From an uncultured bacterium (GTDB taxonomy: Bacteria; Bacillota; Clostridia; Lachnospirales; Lachnospiraceae): 64,000 nucleotides of DNA. The notes under the pieces are model-generated. The model was given only the letters and a program-made list of their open reading frames with translations, did not search any database and was not told the DNA's origin. Shown here piece after piece: positions 49,783 to 60,803 of this stretch. The DNA lies in contig CAMWLE010000001.1 of NCBI GenBank assembly GCA_947175015.1, positions 13,755 through 77,754 of the forward strand. The letters run 5' to 3'. The position numbers and the translations under genes are program-made. The first letter of the stretch is position 1. The number at the start of each line of letters is the position of its first letter.

Positions 49783-50700
49783 ATGCGGAAAACACAAGAG
49801 AAAATCGGCGTGATTGCCCTTGCAGTTTTGTTTGGTTTCAACGGCTGCGGCAGTGCAGACACTTCAAAGGGCTATGAGAATTACACTGTCACCAAAGAGC
49901 AGTATGCTGCAGTGTACACCGAGCAATATGACTATTGGGACGTGGTTACAGTAGAATATCCCACCCTATCCGGAATTGACGAAGATCTGGCAGAAGCAAT
50001 TAACAAGACTCTTTACAACATGGCAATGGAAAAGGTGAATTACTGGCATCTTATGCCAAACGAGGAAGTAAAAGTATTGCAGGAAGAGTATTCCATATAT
50101 AGCAGTGATGTGCACTGTGATATTGATTTTCATAGTCAATATCTTTTAAGCGTAAGTTTTCGTGAGACATATGCGCCCATTTCACCTGTGTATTATGTAC
50201 AGATGACACAGCGCTGTGCCAACATCAATCTGATGACAGGCGAGCAATATCAGCTTTCCGACATTCTCCAAATCAACAACGATTTTATGGCTCTTTGGTG
50301 TCAGCAGGTGGAAGCCGAAGGCAACTACGGCGGTTTGATCGTCAACGACGCGGATACACGCGAAACGCTCGGTGCATGGTTTTTGGGAGAAGATGAGACA
50401 ACAGAAGAATATTATATGTTCACACCATTCTTTTATCTGGACGAAGACAAAGATTTTGTGATTGGGATTTCCTATGATCCAAAATCAAATTGTATAGAGG
50501 GAAACCCGCCGCGGGACAACAGCTTCTATGCACACTTTCAGGCATCCGATTTGGAAGCTTACCGCACTGATTCGGATTTTTGGGCGTTATATGACAAATC
50601 GGAGCACACAGGTAAAGTGATTGAAACTGAAACACCAATAAACAACCTTTGGTTAGGGGAGAACGCAAGCGTATGGGAATATTGGAAAGAAAGACAATGA
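49783..50700 (+). CDS. Lipoprotein, DUF4163/DUF3298 (PdaC/RsiV-like) family
   Basis: Lipobox FNGC; VEYPTLSG....AIN, LLSVSF, NINLMTGEQYQLSDIL. Confidence 0.65.
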   Translation: MRKTQEKIGVIALAVLFGFNGCGSADTSKGYENYTVTKEQYAAVYTEQYDYWDVVTVEYPTLSGIDEDLAEAINKTLYNMAMEKVNYWHLMPNEEVKVLQEEYSIYSSDVHCDIDFHSQYLLSVSFRETYAPISPVYYVQMTQRCANINLMTGEQYQLSDILQINNDFMALWCQQVEAEGNYGGLIVNDADTRETLGAWFLGEDETTEEYYMFTPFFYLDEDKDFVIGISYDPKSNCIEGNPPRDNSFYAHFQASDLEAYRTDSDFWALYDKSEHTGKVIETETPINNLWLGENASVWEYWKERQ

Positions 50701-51683
50701 CAAAACTAGCAGTACTTGCCGTCCTTTTGGCAATTGGCAGGAACACTGCGACAGTACATGCAGCAGATTCGTCATATCAGACACGTTTTGATGTGTCGCC
50801 CAAAGAGCAGGAAAATTATACTTTGCTTGTGGAAAATTTGGGGGAATATGAAGTCTGCGAGGGTGACTGTCTGTGGCGCATTTCCGAGAACCTCTGGGGA
50901 AACGGCGGCAATTATATGCAGCTTGTAACACAGAATCCAGATGTGCTTCAAAATCCTGACCTGATTTTTCCGGGTATGCAGCTTCAAGTGAAACAAAATG
51001 TCTATGTGAAAAAGCGGACAGGTGTCAATGGTATCAAGACACCGGAATACCGACTCGGAACACCCGATAACTGGGCTTTTGGCCTCATTGAAGAGGGCGA
51101 AGCATTCTCTAATTACGCATTTTTTGCACAGCAGGCAGATGGCAGTGTTGTCTGTCTGCTGCGAGACAAGGAAGAGGCAGGAATAAATAGCCTGTCAGAT
51201 TGGGAACACAGCCAACAATTGATTGCGGACTATGCGGAAAATGATTACCCAAAACAGGTCTCGGATTTAACGTTTCACAAATATCAGTCAGAGAAGGGAG
51301 CAGACATTTATCTGTTTTCATACTGTTATATCATTGATGGTGCACAGTACGGATATACAGGCAGTGTAACGGTTCATGTCAGCGAGGCAATATGTCAGAC
51401 GAAACACATTCAGGCGGAGCTTACAGGTTTTCAAATGGACGAGGGCATTGAGGATATCGTTCTCTATATGGCAGGAAGTTTTGAGGAACTTTCAGAAACA
51501 TCTGATGCAGACTTTTCTGTAAACAATTATAACACCATGCTTACGCCATCAGACCCCTGGGCAGTTGCGGGAATTCACAATCCCTTTGTGTGGGTTGCGG
51601 AATATTATGACGGAATTCTCAGTCAAATCTCCAATCTACCCTCAGAGAAGAAAAATGCAAAAGAGCGGATTCTTGGCAGATGA
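50697..51683 (+). CDS. Secreted LysM-domain protein
   Basis: ATGA overlap with the upstream gene; signal peptide ending VHA; YEVCEGDCLWRIS...NPDLIFPGMQL. Confidence 0.85.
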   Translation: MTKLAVLAVLLAIGRNTATVHAADSSYQTRFDVSPKEQENYTLLVENLGEYEVCEGDCLWRISENLWGNGGNYMQLVTQNPDVLQNPDLIFPGMQLQVKQNVYVKKRTGVNGIKTPEYRLGTPDNWAFGLIEEGEAFSNYAFFAQQADGSVVCLLRDKEEAGINSLSDWEHSQQLIADYAENDYPKQVSDLTFHKYQSEKGADIYLFSYCYIIDGAQYGYTGSVTVHVSEAICQTKHIQAELTGFQMDEGIEDIVLYMAGSFEELSETSDADFSVNNYNTMLTPSDPWAVAGIHNPFVWVAEYYDGILSQISNLPSEKKNAKERILGR

Positions 51684-51814
51684 CCCACAACCACCGATCC
51701 GGTTAGAGTACATTCACCACCAACTCTGCTCTTCATCACCCAGGGCGTGTCTGAAAGCTGCTTTCCCTGAAATGGGTGTCATACTTTGTGCCATACACGC
51801 CCTATTCTAATTCC

Positions 51815-54067
51815 TCAGTTTCTTTCCCCCAGGTATAACCCTACGCGGCTCTCCAGATGGTCGATAAGCATATCCTCTGTAATAGTGCCTGAAAAGTACA
51901 GCTCCAGTTCTTCAAACAGAATATCATTCAATTCCGCCGGGAAAGATCTCCATGGTCTTGCTGTATCAATCATGTCCAACAATGTCTGCCTGTCCAATTC
52001 TATATCCAGATCATCACCCAGGGTATGCTGCCCTAAGCCTGATGCGAAAAGCTCCGTATGTTCATTCATAGCAGCGATCTGTTCCTCCAACACATCCCTG
52101 CGCACGCTTAAACCGAAATTCACAGCTTTGGCCGCCTGGGACTGCCCCTCATAGGAGAGGCACAGACTGATAAAAGCCCCTGCCGCAGCCTTTTCCTCCT
52201 CTGTGGCCGTCCTGCGAACTGCCAGCGGACTGCCATAGCTTTCTATAAAATGAGCGGCTCCATCCTTTGTGGGATAACCGATATAATTGGCATCCTCCCC
52301 GTAACAGATGCGGTACAGGGCAATATCCTCCGGCTTGCTGATACTCAGCCGATTGCAGAGTACCTTCCCCTCCAACAGAGAACTGCCGGGATTGACCGCT
52401 TCTTCATAGACGCAGTACTTTTTGGCCATCTCCAAAACCCTGCGGAATTTATCGCTGTCAAAACGCAACGTCCCCGTTTCCCCATCCAGAAGATAAGTGT
52501 CATCCATTCCGTGACTGAGAAAACTCATGATAAAAAAAGCCCCCCAGTCTCCGCCGCCATAAACGTCAAAAATCGCTTCCAGTTCCGGCCTGTCTTCAAT
52601 ACACTGTAAAAATTCATCATAATCCCAATCCTTCAGCTCTGGATCCCCAGTCACCAATGTCCGCAGGTTGAACCCCGTCACAATGCCGTACAAGGTTCCA
52701 TTGATCTTCCCCATCTCCATCACAGAGGACAGCAACCCTTCTGTGATACCTGACTGCTCCACAACCGTATCCAAAGGCTCCCACAGCTTTTCCTGTTCCT
52801 CAAACCCCGTCAACCAGGTATCAATCAGCACCGGCCCCTTCCCCGCAATCAGCTCTGTCAGCAACACAGTCTCGTCGTAGTCGCTTTTTAATTCAATATG
52901 CCAGCTTGGATACTGTTTGTTAAATGCCACCGCCAGTGGCTGGTAAGCCGACATCTTCACAGGAGAAACTGCCAGCGTAATCTCATGGATCTCAACCACT
53001 TCCGTAGTAGGCTTCAGACATAGATAGCTATAACTTTGGGAATCCTTATAAATAAGCGAAATCCGCCCTTCCTCATCCGCCTGCATGGCAGATACACCTC
53101 CGACTGCAATTCCATGATTGAGCCATCGGTATAAAAGCTCCGGATTCTCTCCAGACAGTTCACTGCGATACACCCCCTCATGGTCTGCGTATAACAGGGT
53201 GTGAGCGTCAAGAAGCGCAAAACAATAGACATCCTTTTCCATTGCTGCCAGCAACACCGGCCTGCCAGTCTCCTCATCCATATACTGCAGGCTTTTTTGT
53301 AAGCTTCGGGTTTCACGGTTCTGCACTGCTGCCAGAAAGGCAACACGGCCATCACACAACGGAACTAATTCCTCGATATAACCGTCTTCCGGAACATATT
53401 CCGCCAGAATCTCCCCTGTCGGAGAAATAAGCTGATACTGCTCCCCCTCCTCCGTATGCCGCACCAGGTGAACCACTCCGGAACGATCCACCGCAAAAGA
53501 TAAGATGCTTGTAACTACCTCAACGAAGTCTCTTCCGTTCAGAAAATCCAGCGGAAACTCCCTTAACACCTCATGATTTTCATCCCTCTCCGTCAGAAAG
53601 TACCGATACCCTTCCTCCTTCTCCTGCACTTCATACTCAAATACTACATAATGATCTGTACCGGCTGCCGGTCCTACATCCCATAACTGATTCTCTAAGC
53701 CAAAGCTTACAGAACCCTTCATCCCCTCTGCAGTTGCAAAGGAAAGCTCATCCCAGCATTCCTCCACATTCTCAAAGAGATGCTTTTTAAAATACCAGGC
53801 TCTGGAAGTACCCAAAAAAATCCTCTGTCCTCCCCCTTCTATGGCATTGGCTGGTTTTCCCATCCCCAGCCGGATATGCACCGCCGCCGAATAAGCATCC
53901 AGGGAATTGTCCTGACGCACATCCCCTTCCTGCAAATTCGGGTCGCCAAAGTCCTGCGTTTCCTCCATATTTGAGGCGTCTGACACTTCCTTCTCCTCTA
54001 AGCCGCATCCGCTAAACTGCAAGACAAGTATAGCTGTTATAAGAATATAGCTGATTATCTTCTTCAT
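51815..54067 (-). CDS. Lipoprotein with beta-rich N-terminal region and extracellular solute-binding domain
   Basis: Lipobox FSGC; AFNKQYP, LIAGKGP, LESRVGLYLGE; same architecture as 19507..21555. Confidence 0.8.
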   Translation of the reverse strand: MKKIISYILITAILVLQFSGCGLEEKEVSDASNMEETQDFGDPNLQEGDVRQDNSLDAYSAAVHIRLGMGKPANAIEGGGQRIFLGTSRAWYFKKHLFENVEECWDELSFATAEGMKGSVSFGLENQLWDVGPAAGTDHYVVFEYEVQEKEEGYRYFLTERDENHEVLREFPLDFLNGRDFVEVVTSILSFAVDRSGVVHLVRHTEEGEQYQLISPTGEILAEYVPEDGYIEELVPLCDGRVAFLAAVQNRETRSLQKSLQYMDEETGRPVLLAAMEKDVYCFALLDAHTLLYADHEGVYRSELSGENPELLYRWLNHGIAVGGVSAMQADEEGRISLIYKDSQSYSYLCLKPTTEVVEIHEITLAVSPVKMSAYQPLAVAFNKQYPSWHIELKSDYDETVLLTELIAGKGPVLIDTWLTGFEEQEKLWEPLDTVVEQSGITEGLLSSVMEMGKINGTLYGIVTGFNLRTLVTGDPELKDWDYDEFLQCIEDRPELEAIFDVYGGGDWGAFFIMSFLSHGMDDTYLLDGETGTLRFDSDKFRRVLEMAKKYCVYEEAVNPGSSLLEGKVLCNRLSISKPEDIALYRICYGEDANYIGYPTKDGAAHFIESYGSPLAVRRTATEEEKAAAGAFISLCLSYEGQSQAAKAVNFGLSVRRDVLEEQIAAMNEHTELFASGLGQHTLGDDLDIELDRQTLLDMIDTARPWRSFPAELNDILFEELELYFSGTITEDMLIDHLESRVGLYLGERN

Positions 54068-54334
54068 GGAGCCCCCTTAATACTTTGTTTCATAAACTTC
54101 TATTTTGATTTTACCATGAGCTGTCATGAACGTCTATATTTATCTACTTCTTTCGCGCGAAGAAAATCCATGTTTTTCTAAACCCTTGAGCCTTTCATCC
54201 TGCTTTTATCATACACCTGTTGTAAAAATTTCTATAATTTAAGGATTTTTTAATAAGTATTGTTGTAAACTTTTCTCAAGCTTAAGCCAAATGGAACAAA
54301 ATATGATATGATACACAGGAAAGGAAAAAAGAGC

Positions 54335-56710
54335 ATGTTTTTTCGGATTTTAAAAAAGGATTTAAAGCGAAAAAAAACAATGAATGTTATCCTGCTGCTG
54401 TTTATTATTTTAGCAGCCATGTTTCTCTCAAGCAGTGTGGATAATTTAATTGCAGTGAACGGTGCCATAGATCATTTCATAGAAATATCCAAGACACCGG
54501 ATTTTCTCAGCATTGCGCTGACAGACGGCAAAACAGATGAAATTGCAGACTTTTTACAGGATAATGAAAATGTTGCAGAGTATGAAGTCATAAACACATT
54601 CAATTTAATCAATGAAGACATTACAATACTGAACTGTCAGAATATGCCCGGGCATACCAGATATGAAAGAACAAATACCCTATGTCTGGAGACCGTTCCT
54701 GAAAATTTTATTAAGGTCTTTCAAATGGATGACAGTGCCCTCACCTTAAACTCCGGTGAGATCGCATTTCCGAAAGCTGAAGCAGACCATAATCATCTTC
54801 AGGTTGGTGATCAGGTTTCCATCAAGATCGGGGAAACAGAACAGGCATTTACAATTGCAGCCATTGTGAAGGATGCCGTATTTGGAAGCACTATGATGGG
54901 TTTTAAGCGATTACTCATCTCAGCGGAAGATTTCGCAAAATTCGCAGCGCAGGAAGGATTGGTTCATACCCAGATATACAATATTGATTATGTGGATAAA
55001 GAAAAGTTTCAGGACCAATGGCAAAGCCAGAATTTTATGGTGATCAGTTCGTTGGAAACCAAAAGTACCATTCGTATGTGTTATATCATGGATATGCTGA
55101 TTGCAGCAATTCTCATTGTGGTGAGCATATGTTTGATATTGCTTGCCTTTTTAGTACTTCGTTTTACCATTGTGTTTACATTGCAGGAAGATTATAAAGA
55201 AATCGGCATTATGAAGGCAATCGGTATCAAAGATATGGGGATTAAGGGCTTGTATCTGATTAAATATCTTGCCATTTCCGTGGTGGGCGCCATGATTGGT
55301 TTTTGCCTTGGATTTCCCTTTGGAACAATCATTCTGGAACGAGCGATTGTAAATATCGTAGTTGACAAGACAGAGCAGAATTTTGTAATCAATTTCACAT
55401 GTGCGGCGGCTGTTGTCTTCATTGTACTTCTTTTCTGTTATCTAAGTACCAATAAGTTAAAGAAAATCTCCGCACTTCAGGCCATCAGAAGCGGTTCTGA
55501 CGGGGAAAGGTACCAGGCAAAAAATTATTTAAAACTCTGGAAACGCCCAAAGATGAAACCGTTTTTTTATATGGCTGTCAACGATATTTTGAGCAGCCTA
55601 AAGCGGTTTGGAATTTTATTTGCAACCTTTTGCCTGGGAACCTTGTTGATTTTATTACCCTTAAGTGCGGCAAGTACCTTGAAAAGTGACGGCATTATCA
55701 GCTCTTTTAGCTTAAGTCCTTCGGATGTTTATCTGGATACAGGAAAAGGGGAAACTTATACTGTTGATATGGAGCGTATGTTTCAGGATTTGGAAGAGAT
55801 TGAAGCAAGATTAAAAGAGAATGGAATAATTGCCAAAACAGGGGCGGATATGGGTTATATGCTACCCTGTTATACAGAAGATCCTAAAAACAGTGTGACT
55901 TATTATGTCTTGCAGGCAGAGGGAAGCTGGGACAGACATTATGTACTGCTTTCCGGTGAAGAACCTGAACTTTCCAATGAAGTCATGATCACAGAACTGA
56001 CAGCAAAGGAAATGGGCGTGGGCATCGGGGATTCCATCCATTTTGCCACTTCGGAGAAAACAGACGAATTTATCATTACAGGAATCTACCAGTCTATGAT
56101 GAATATGGGTCAGGGATACCGTGTGAGCAGAAGCGCCCAATTGGATCGGAAATATGCAGCCGGAATTTTTTGCATCCAGGTAGAGATAGAAGATATGGAT
56201 AGTGATGAAGCCTGTGAAAAAATGAAAGAAATTTTTCCGGAATACAAGATTATGAATTCGGAAGGCTTTTTGGACAATATGATAGGAGGAGTCATTGAGC
56301 AGATTAATACATTAACGTTTTTTATCGTGGGGATTGTGCTTGTGATTAACAGCCTGATTACAATATTGATAATGAAGACAATTATGACAAAAGAACGTGG
56401 GGAAATTGCACTTTTAAAGAGCATGGGATTTACTGATGGTTCTCTCAGAGCATGGCAGATTACGAGGATATTGCTGATTTTGACAGCAGCTATTATCATG
56501 GGCACCATATTGTCCAAGGTACTGGCGCCTTATACCATTGGGCCTATCTTTGCCATGATGGGCGCCACGTCTATGAAACTGGTTATGAATAGCTTTGAAG
56601 CTTACGTTTTATATCCGCTTCTGCTGTTTGTTGTGACAGGTATCTCATCCTTTATCTGTGCAAGAGGTGTCCGAAAGGTAGATTTGAAAGAGGTTAATAC
56701 GATAGAATAA
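54335..56710 (+). CDS. ABC transporter permease (FtsX/MacB-like, two repeats)
   Basis: KEIGIMKAIG and GEIALLKSMGF motifs; two large extracellular loops. Confidence 0.9.
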   Translation: MFFRILKKDLKRKKTMNVILLLFIILAAMFLSSSVDNLIAVNGAIDHFIEISKTPDFLSIALTDGKTDEIADFLQDNENVAEYEVINTFNLINEDITILNCQNMPGHTRYERTNTLCLETVPENFIKVFQMDDSALTLNSGEIAFPKAEADHNHLQVGDQVSIKIGETEQAFTIAAIVKDAVFGSTMMGFKRLLISAEDFAKFAAQEGLVHTQIYNIDYVDKEKFQDQWQSQNFMVISSLETKSTIRMCYIMDMLIAAILIVVSICLILLAFLVLRFTIVFTLQEDYKEIGIMKAIGIKDMGIKGLYLIKYLAISVVGAMIGFCLGFPFGTIILERAIVNIVVDKTEQNFVINFTCAAAVVFIVLLFCYLSTNKLKKISALQAIRSGSDGERYQAKNYLKLWKRPKMKPFFYMAVNDILSSLKRFGILFATFCLGTLLILLPLSAASTLKSDGIISSFSLSPSDVYLDTGKGETYTVDMERMFQDLEEIEARLKENGIIAKTGADMGYMLPCYTEDPKNSVTYYVLQAEGSWDRHYVLLSGEEPELSNEVMITELTAKEMGVGIGDSIHFATSEKTDEFIITGIYQSMMNMGQGYRVSRSAQLDRKYAAGIFCIQVEIEDMDSDEACEKMKEIFPEYKIMNSEGFLDNMIGGVIEQINTLTFFIVGIVLVINSLITILIMKTIMTKERGEIALLKSMGFTDGSLRAWQITRILLILTAAIIMGTILSKVLAPYTIGPIFAMMGATSMKLVMNSFEAYVLYPLLLFVVTGISSFICARGVRKVDLKEVNTIE

Positions 56711-56752
56711 GAATTTTTTGTTTGCATATGTTTATATGCGGATTGGAGGAGT

Positions 56753-57523
56753 ATGGAATCATTAAAAATCAAGGATTTGTGTAAGACTTATATTATTCAT
56801 AAAAGGCAGAATCATGTGCTCAGAAATGTTACTATGGAAATTACGGAAGGGGAATTGGTTGCAGTTATGGGCCCCAGCGGTTCGGGCAAATCTACACTGC
56901 TTTATACTGTAAGCGGTATGGATTATATTACGGCCGGGAAAGTGGATTTTTTCGGGAGGGATATCAGCAGTTTAAATGCAAGGCAGATGAGTGAGCTGCG
57001 TTTGGAGGAAATGGGTTTTATTTTTCAGCAAATGTACATGTTAAAAAATCTCAGCATATATGATAATATAGTGCTGCCGGCATATCAATCTAAGAACGGT
57101 AAAACCAAAGAAAAGAGAAAAGAAATCAATGACAGGGCAAAAGAATTAATGCATAAGCTGGGAATCAGTGAAATCGCAGAACATGACATCAATGAAGTGT
57201 CCGGCGGGCAGCTACAGAGAGCCTGTATCTGCCGCAGTCTGATTAACAATCCGAGAATGATTTTTGCCGACGAACCCACAGGTGCACTGAATCAGCAAAA
57301 TTCCAGAGAAGTCATGAAGGAACTGAACCGCATCAATAAGGAGGGAACAACAATTATGCTGGTTACCCATGATATGAAGGTTGCAGCCAAAAGCGACCGG
57401 GTGCTCTATATAGAAGACGGCAATATAAAAGGTCAGTATCTATTGTGCAAATATATGGAGGGGGAAGAATCGCGGGAAAGGGAAAAGAAACTATCTAACT
57501 GGTTAATGGAAATGGGATTTTAG
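56753..57523 (+). CDS. ABC transporter ATP-binding protein (LolD/MacB-like)
   Basis: GPSGSGKST, VSGGQLQR, FADEPTGAL, VTHD. Confidence 0.95.
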   Translation: MESLKIKDLCKTYIIHKRQNHVLRNVTMEITEGELVAVMGPSGSGKSTLLYTVSGMDYITAGKVDFFGRDISSLNARQMSELRLEEMGFIFQQMYMLKNLSIYDNIVLPAYQSKNGKTKEKRKEINDRAKELMHKLGISEIAEHDINEVSGGQLQRACICRSLINNPRMIFADEPTGALNQQNSREVMKELNRINKEGTTIMLVTHDMKVAAKSDRVLYIEDGNIKGQYLLCKYMEGEESREREKKLSNWLMEMGF

Positions 57524-57659
57524 GCAGTTCCTTCCCCGTATGAACGTTGGCTCGCAGGGACAAAACTACAATATAAAAGTTTTTTCTAAAGCAACATCTG
57601 CCCGAACAGCCGGAATGCCGTCCGGGCGGATGCGGAACTTTCAATAGGAGGATTTATAC

Positions 57660-58340
57660 ATGACGGATATTCTCTTGGTAGAGGATCACGGGGAATTAAA
57701 TGAATTAATATGTCTTTTTCTTGGGAATAGCGGATATTCGGTAAAGGGTGTTTTTTCCGGAGAGAACGCGCTGGAATATCTGAAAAAGGAAAAGGTAAAA
57801 CTGGTGATTTTGGATGTCTCACTGCCTGAAATAGATGGCTTTGCCGTTTGTGCTTCTATCAGGAAAAGCAGCAATATACCGATTCTGTTCTTAAGCGCCA
57901 GAGTGGATAAGGAAGATAAAATGAACGGTTTTTTGCAGGGCGCGGACGACTATATTGAAAAACCGGTGGATATGGATCTCTTATGTGCAAAGATCAAGGC
58001 ACTGATGCGGCGAAATTACAGTCTGAAACAGGAAAATACTATCATTCATTCCGGCGCTATTTCTATTGATAAAGAGGCAAAACAGGTGTTTTTAGATAAC
58101 AGGGAGCTTGCACTGACTGTCAAGGAATATGAGCTGCTTGTCCTGCTTGCAGAGAATCCTGGTAAGACATTGCATAAGCAATACTTATTTGATCAAATAT
58201 GGGGCATCAACAGTTTTAGTGAGAACCAGACGTTGACTGTCCATATCAAAATGCTGCGGGACAAAATAGAAGAGGAACCCAAAAAGCCAAAAAGAATTCA
58301 GACCGTGTGGGGCATAGGGTATAAATATGAAGAAATATAA
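57660..58340 (+). CDS. OmpR family response regulator
   Basis: LVEDH, ILDVSLP, GADDYIEKP, LTVHIKMLRDKIE, TVWGIGY. Confidence 0.95.
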   Translation: MTDILLVEDHGELNELICLFLGNSGYSVKGVFSGENALEYLKKEKVKLVILDVSLPEIDGFAVCASIRKSSNIPILFLSARVDKEDKMNGFLQGADDYIEKPVDMDLLCAKIKALMRRNYSLKQENTIIHSGAISIDKEAKQVFLDNRELALTVKEYELLVLLAENPGKTLHKQYLFDQIWGINSFSENQTLTVHIKMLRDKIEEEPKKPKRIQTVWGIGYKYEEI

Positions 58341-59604
58341 CAGATTAATGGCTGCCTCTCTGTTCTTATATCTGGTTACGTCCGTAGTTCTGTTTTTCTG
58401 CTTTCAGGATGATGGTACCGGAACAGAGGTAAGCTACAAAGTAGAAATAAACCGGATTATGTATGGCTTGGAAAAGGCAGGCTCTTTTTCTAAGCCTGAT
58501 TTACGTGAAATGGATGCTATAAAATCCGTAAGTTTTTTGCCTGCGGAAATAGAATCCTCACAGGAAATCCTGCTATTCTATCAGAATCGCAACGGGATGA
58601 GCATGACGGTGCAGCCATTATTTTCCGGAGAACAGTTATTAGGTTATGTGAAATTTGATTATGTGAACACCACAGGCCGCCGGCAAGCTCTCTGGTTTGC
58701 AGAGGGAATTTTGTCGCTTTCCTGGATTACGATATTTGCTCTGCTTTGGTATATCAAGCAAAAAATTTTGAAGCCCTTTCACGTTTTAAGTGAAATGCCT
58801 TATGAATTAGCCAAAGGGCATTTACAGGGAGAACTCCTGGAAAGTAATAGCCGATTTTTCGGAAAATTTGTATGGGGAATCGGCATGCTGAGGGACAGTT
58901 TGAGCACAGCAAAAAATAAGGAATTAAAACTGGAAAAGGAAAAGAAGCTGCTGCTCTTATCCATTTCCCATGATATTAAAATTCCGTTAAGCGCCATCAA
59001 ATTATATGCGAAAGCTTTGCAGGATGAGGTGTATAAAACAGAGACCGAAAAGCTTCATGCAGCGGCACAAATAGAAACCCATGCAAAAGAAATGGAGCAT
59101 TTTGTAAAAGAAATTGTAAGTACGGCAAGCGAGGATATTGTCACTCTTGAAGTGACGGATTCCGAATTTTATCTGAAGGATTTTATAGACAAAATCAGGG
59201 CATACTATGAGCCGAAATGCAGACTTGTTATGACAGATTTCAGGATTGGAACATATGAAAACAAATTGCTAAAGGGCGATATGGACCGCGCTTTGGAAGT
59301 AGTAGAAAACCTGATGGAAAATGCTTTTAAATATGGGAACGGAAAAGAAATCAGCATTGATTTTTATGAGGAAGATTACTGTCAGGTTGTCAGTATTTTC
59401 AATACGGGAACAGCAGTGAACGATGACGAAATGCCGCATTTATTTGACAGTTTTTATCGCGGAAGCAATGTGGGGAATAAAGCCGGAAATGGGTTAGGGC
59501 TTTATATTAATAAACAGCTCATGACGAAAATGGAGGGAGAAATTTTTGCACAGCGGACTGAAGGCGGGATGCAGTTATGTCTGGTGTTCCGCATGTCTCA
59601 TTGA
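58327..59604 (+). CDS. Sensor histidine kinase
   Basis: Two TM segments; ISHDIKIPL, ENAFKYG, FYRGSN, GNGLGL. Confidence 0.92.
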   Translation: MKKYNRLMAASLFLYLVTSVVLFFCFQDDGTGTEVSYKVEINRIMYGLEKAGSFSKPDLREMDAIKSVSFLPAEIESSQEILLFYQNRNGMSMTVQPLFSGEQLLGYVKFDYVNTTGRRQALWFAEGILSLSWITIFALLWYIKQKILKPFHVLSEMPYELAKGHLQGELLESNSRFFGKFVWGIGMLRDSLSTAKNKELKLEKEKKLLLLSISHDIKIPLSAIKLYAKALQDEVYKTETEKLHAAAQIETHAKEMEHFVKEIVSTASEDIVTLEVTDSEFYLKDFIDKIRAYYEPKCRLVMTDFRIGTYENKLLKGDMDRALEVVENLMENAFKYGNGKEISIDFYEEDYCQVVSIFNTGTAVNDDEMPHLFDSFYRGSNVGNKAGNGLGLYINKQLMTKMEGEIFAQRTEGGMQLCLVFRMSH

Positions 59605-59724
59605 CTATATTTTCCACGAATGATGAAATTCTAATATGAAACAATAACTATTAGGGTAGTAATAAATGACACTGTAACAAAAATGCTGCATAGAATATCA
59701 AAATACCAGAAAAAGAGGCAAATT

Positions 59725-60720
59725 ATGAAGATATTATTTTATGAAACCAAAAGTTACGACAAAAAATCTTTTGAAGATACCTTACATTCCTTTCCTGAAA
59801 TCACCATTGAATATGTCAAATCCGACTTAGACCCCCGGACTGCTGCACTGGCAGAAGGGTTTGATGCGGTATGCGCTTTCGTCAATTCAGATATCGGAAC
59901 ACAAACCCTTGAAATCCTGCATCAAAAAAGCATTGGTCTCTTACTGATGCGCTGTGCCGGATTCAACAATGTGGACCTGAACACTGCCGCCAAATACAAC
60001 ATCCGCGTCATGCGTGTTCCAGGTTATTCACCGGAAGCAGTGGCAGAACATGCCATGGCTCTGGCTCTGGCCAGCAATCGCCGCCTGTACAAAGCATATA
60101 ATAAAGTGCGGGAAAATGATTTCAGCCTGAACGGACTGATGGGATTTAACTTCTACCAGAAGACCGCCGGCATCATCGGCACCGGGAAAATCGGCGCTGC
60201 CATGTGCCGTATCTGTCAGGGTTTTGGCATGAAAGTAATCGCCTATGATGTATATCAGAATGAATCACTGAAAACATTTGTAGAATATGTACCTCTGCAT
60301 CAGCTGCTTTCCAACAGTGATGTCATTTCACTCCACTGCCCTCTGATGGATTCCACCTATCACATGATTAACCTGGATACTATCAAGAAAATGAAAGACG
60401 GCGTCATATTGGTGAATACCTCCAGAGGCGCCCTGGTCAAGACAGATGACCTGATAGAGGGCATTCGTATGCACAAATTTGCCGGTGTAGGCCTGGATGT
60501 ATATGAAGAAGAAACCAACAACGTCTTTGAAGACCGTTCGGAAGAAATCCTGGAGCACTCCACCACTGCGAGACTTTTGTCCTTCCCCAATGTAATGATC
60601 ACTTCCCACCAGGGCTTTTTCACCGTAGAAGCGCTGGAAGCCATTGCCGCCACCACTTTGCAAAATGCCATGGACTATGTATCCGGGAACGAGAGCAATA
60701 ATGATGTAAAAAACGCATAA
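59725..60720 (+). CDS. ldhA: D-lactate dehydrogenase (D-2-hydroxyacid dehydrogenase)
   Basis: RCAGFNNVD, YSPEAVAEH, GIIGTGKIG, NTSRG, LDVYEEE, TSHQGF. Confidence 0.88.
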   Translation: MKILFYETKSYDKKSFEDTLHSFPEITIEYVKSDLDPRTAALAEGFDAVCAFVNSDIGTQTLEILHQKSIGLLLMRCAGFNNVDLNTAAKYNIRVMRVPGYSPEAVAEHAMALALASNRRLYKAYNKVRENDFSLNGLMGFNFYQKTAGIIGTGKIGAAMCRICQGFGMKVIAYDVYQNESLKTFVEYVPLHQLLSNSDVISLHCPLMDSTYHMINLDTIKKMKDGVILVNTSRGALVKTDDLIEGIRMHKFAGVGLDVYEEETNNVFEDRSEEILEHSTTARLLSFPNVMITSHQGFFTVEALEAIAATTLQNAMDYVSGNESNNDVKNA

Positions 60721-60803
60721 AACTGCTTTATCATAATAGGAACAAAGTGTACATGCACCCCGGTTCTGGCAACCGCCCGAACCGGAGTGGTTTTACACTT
60801 TTA

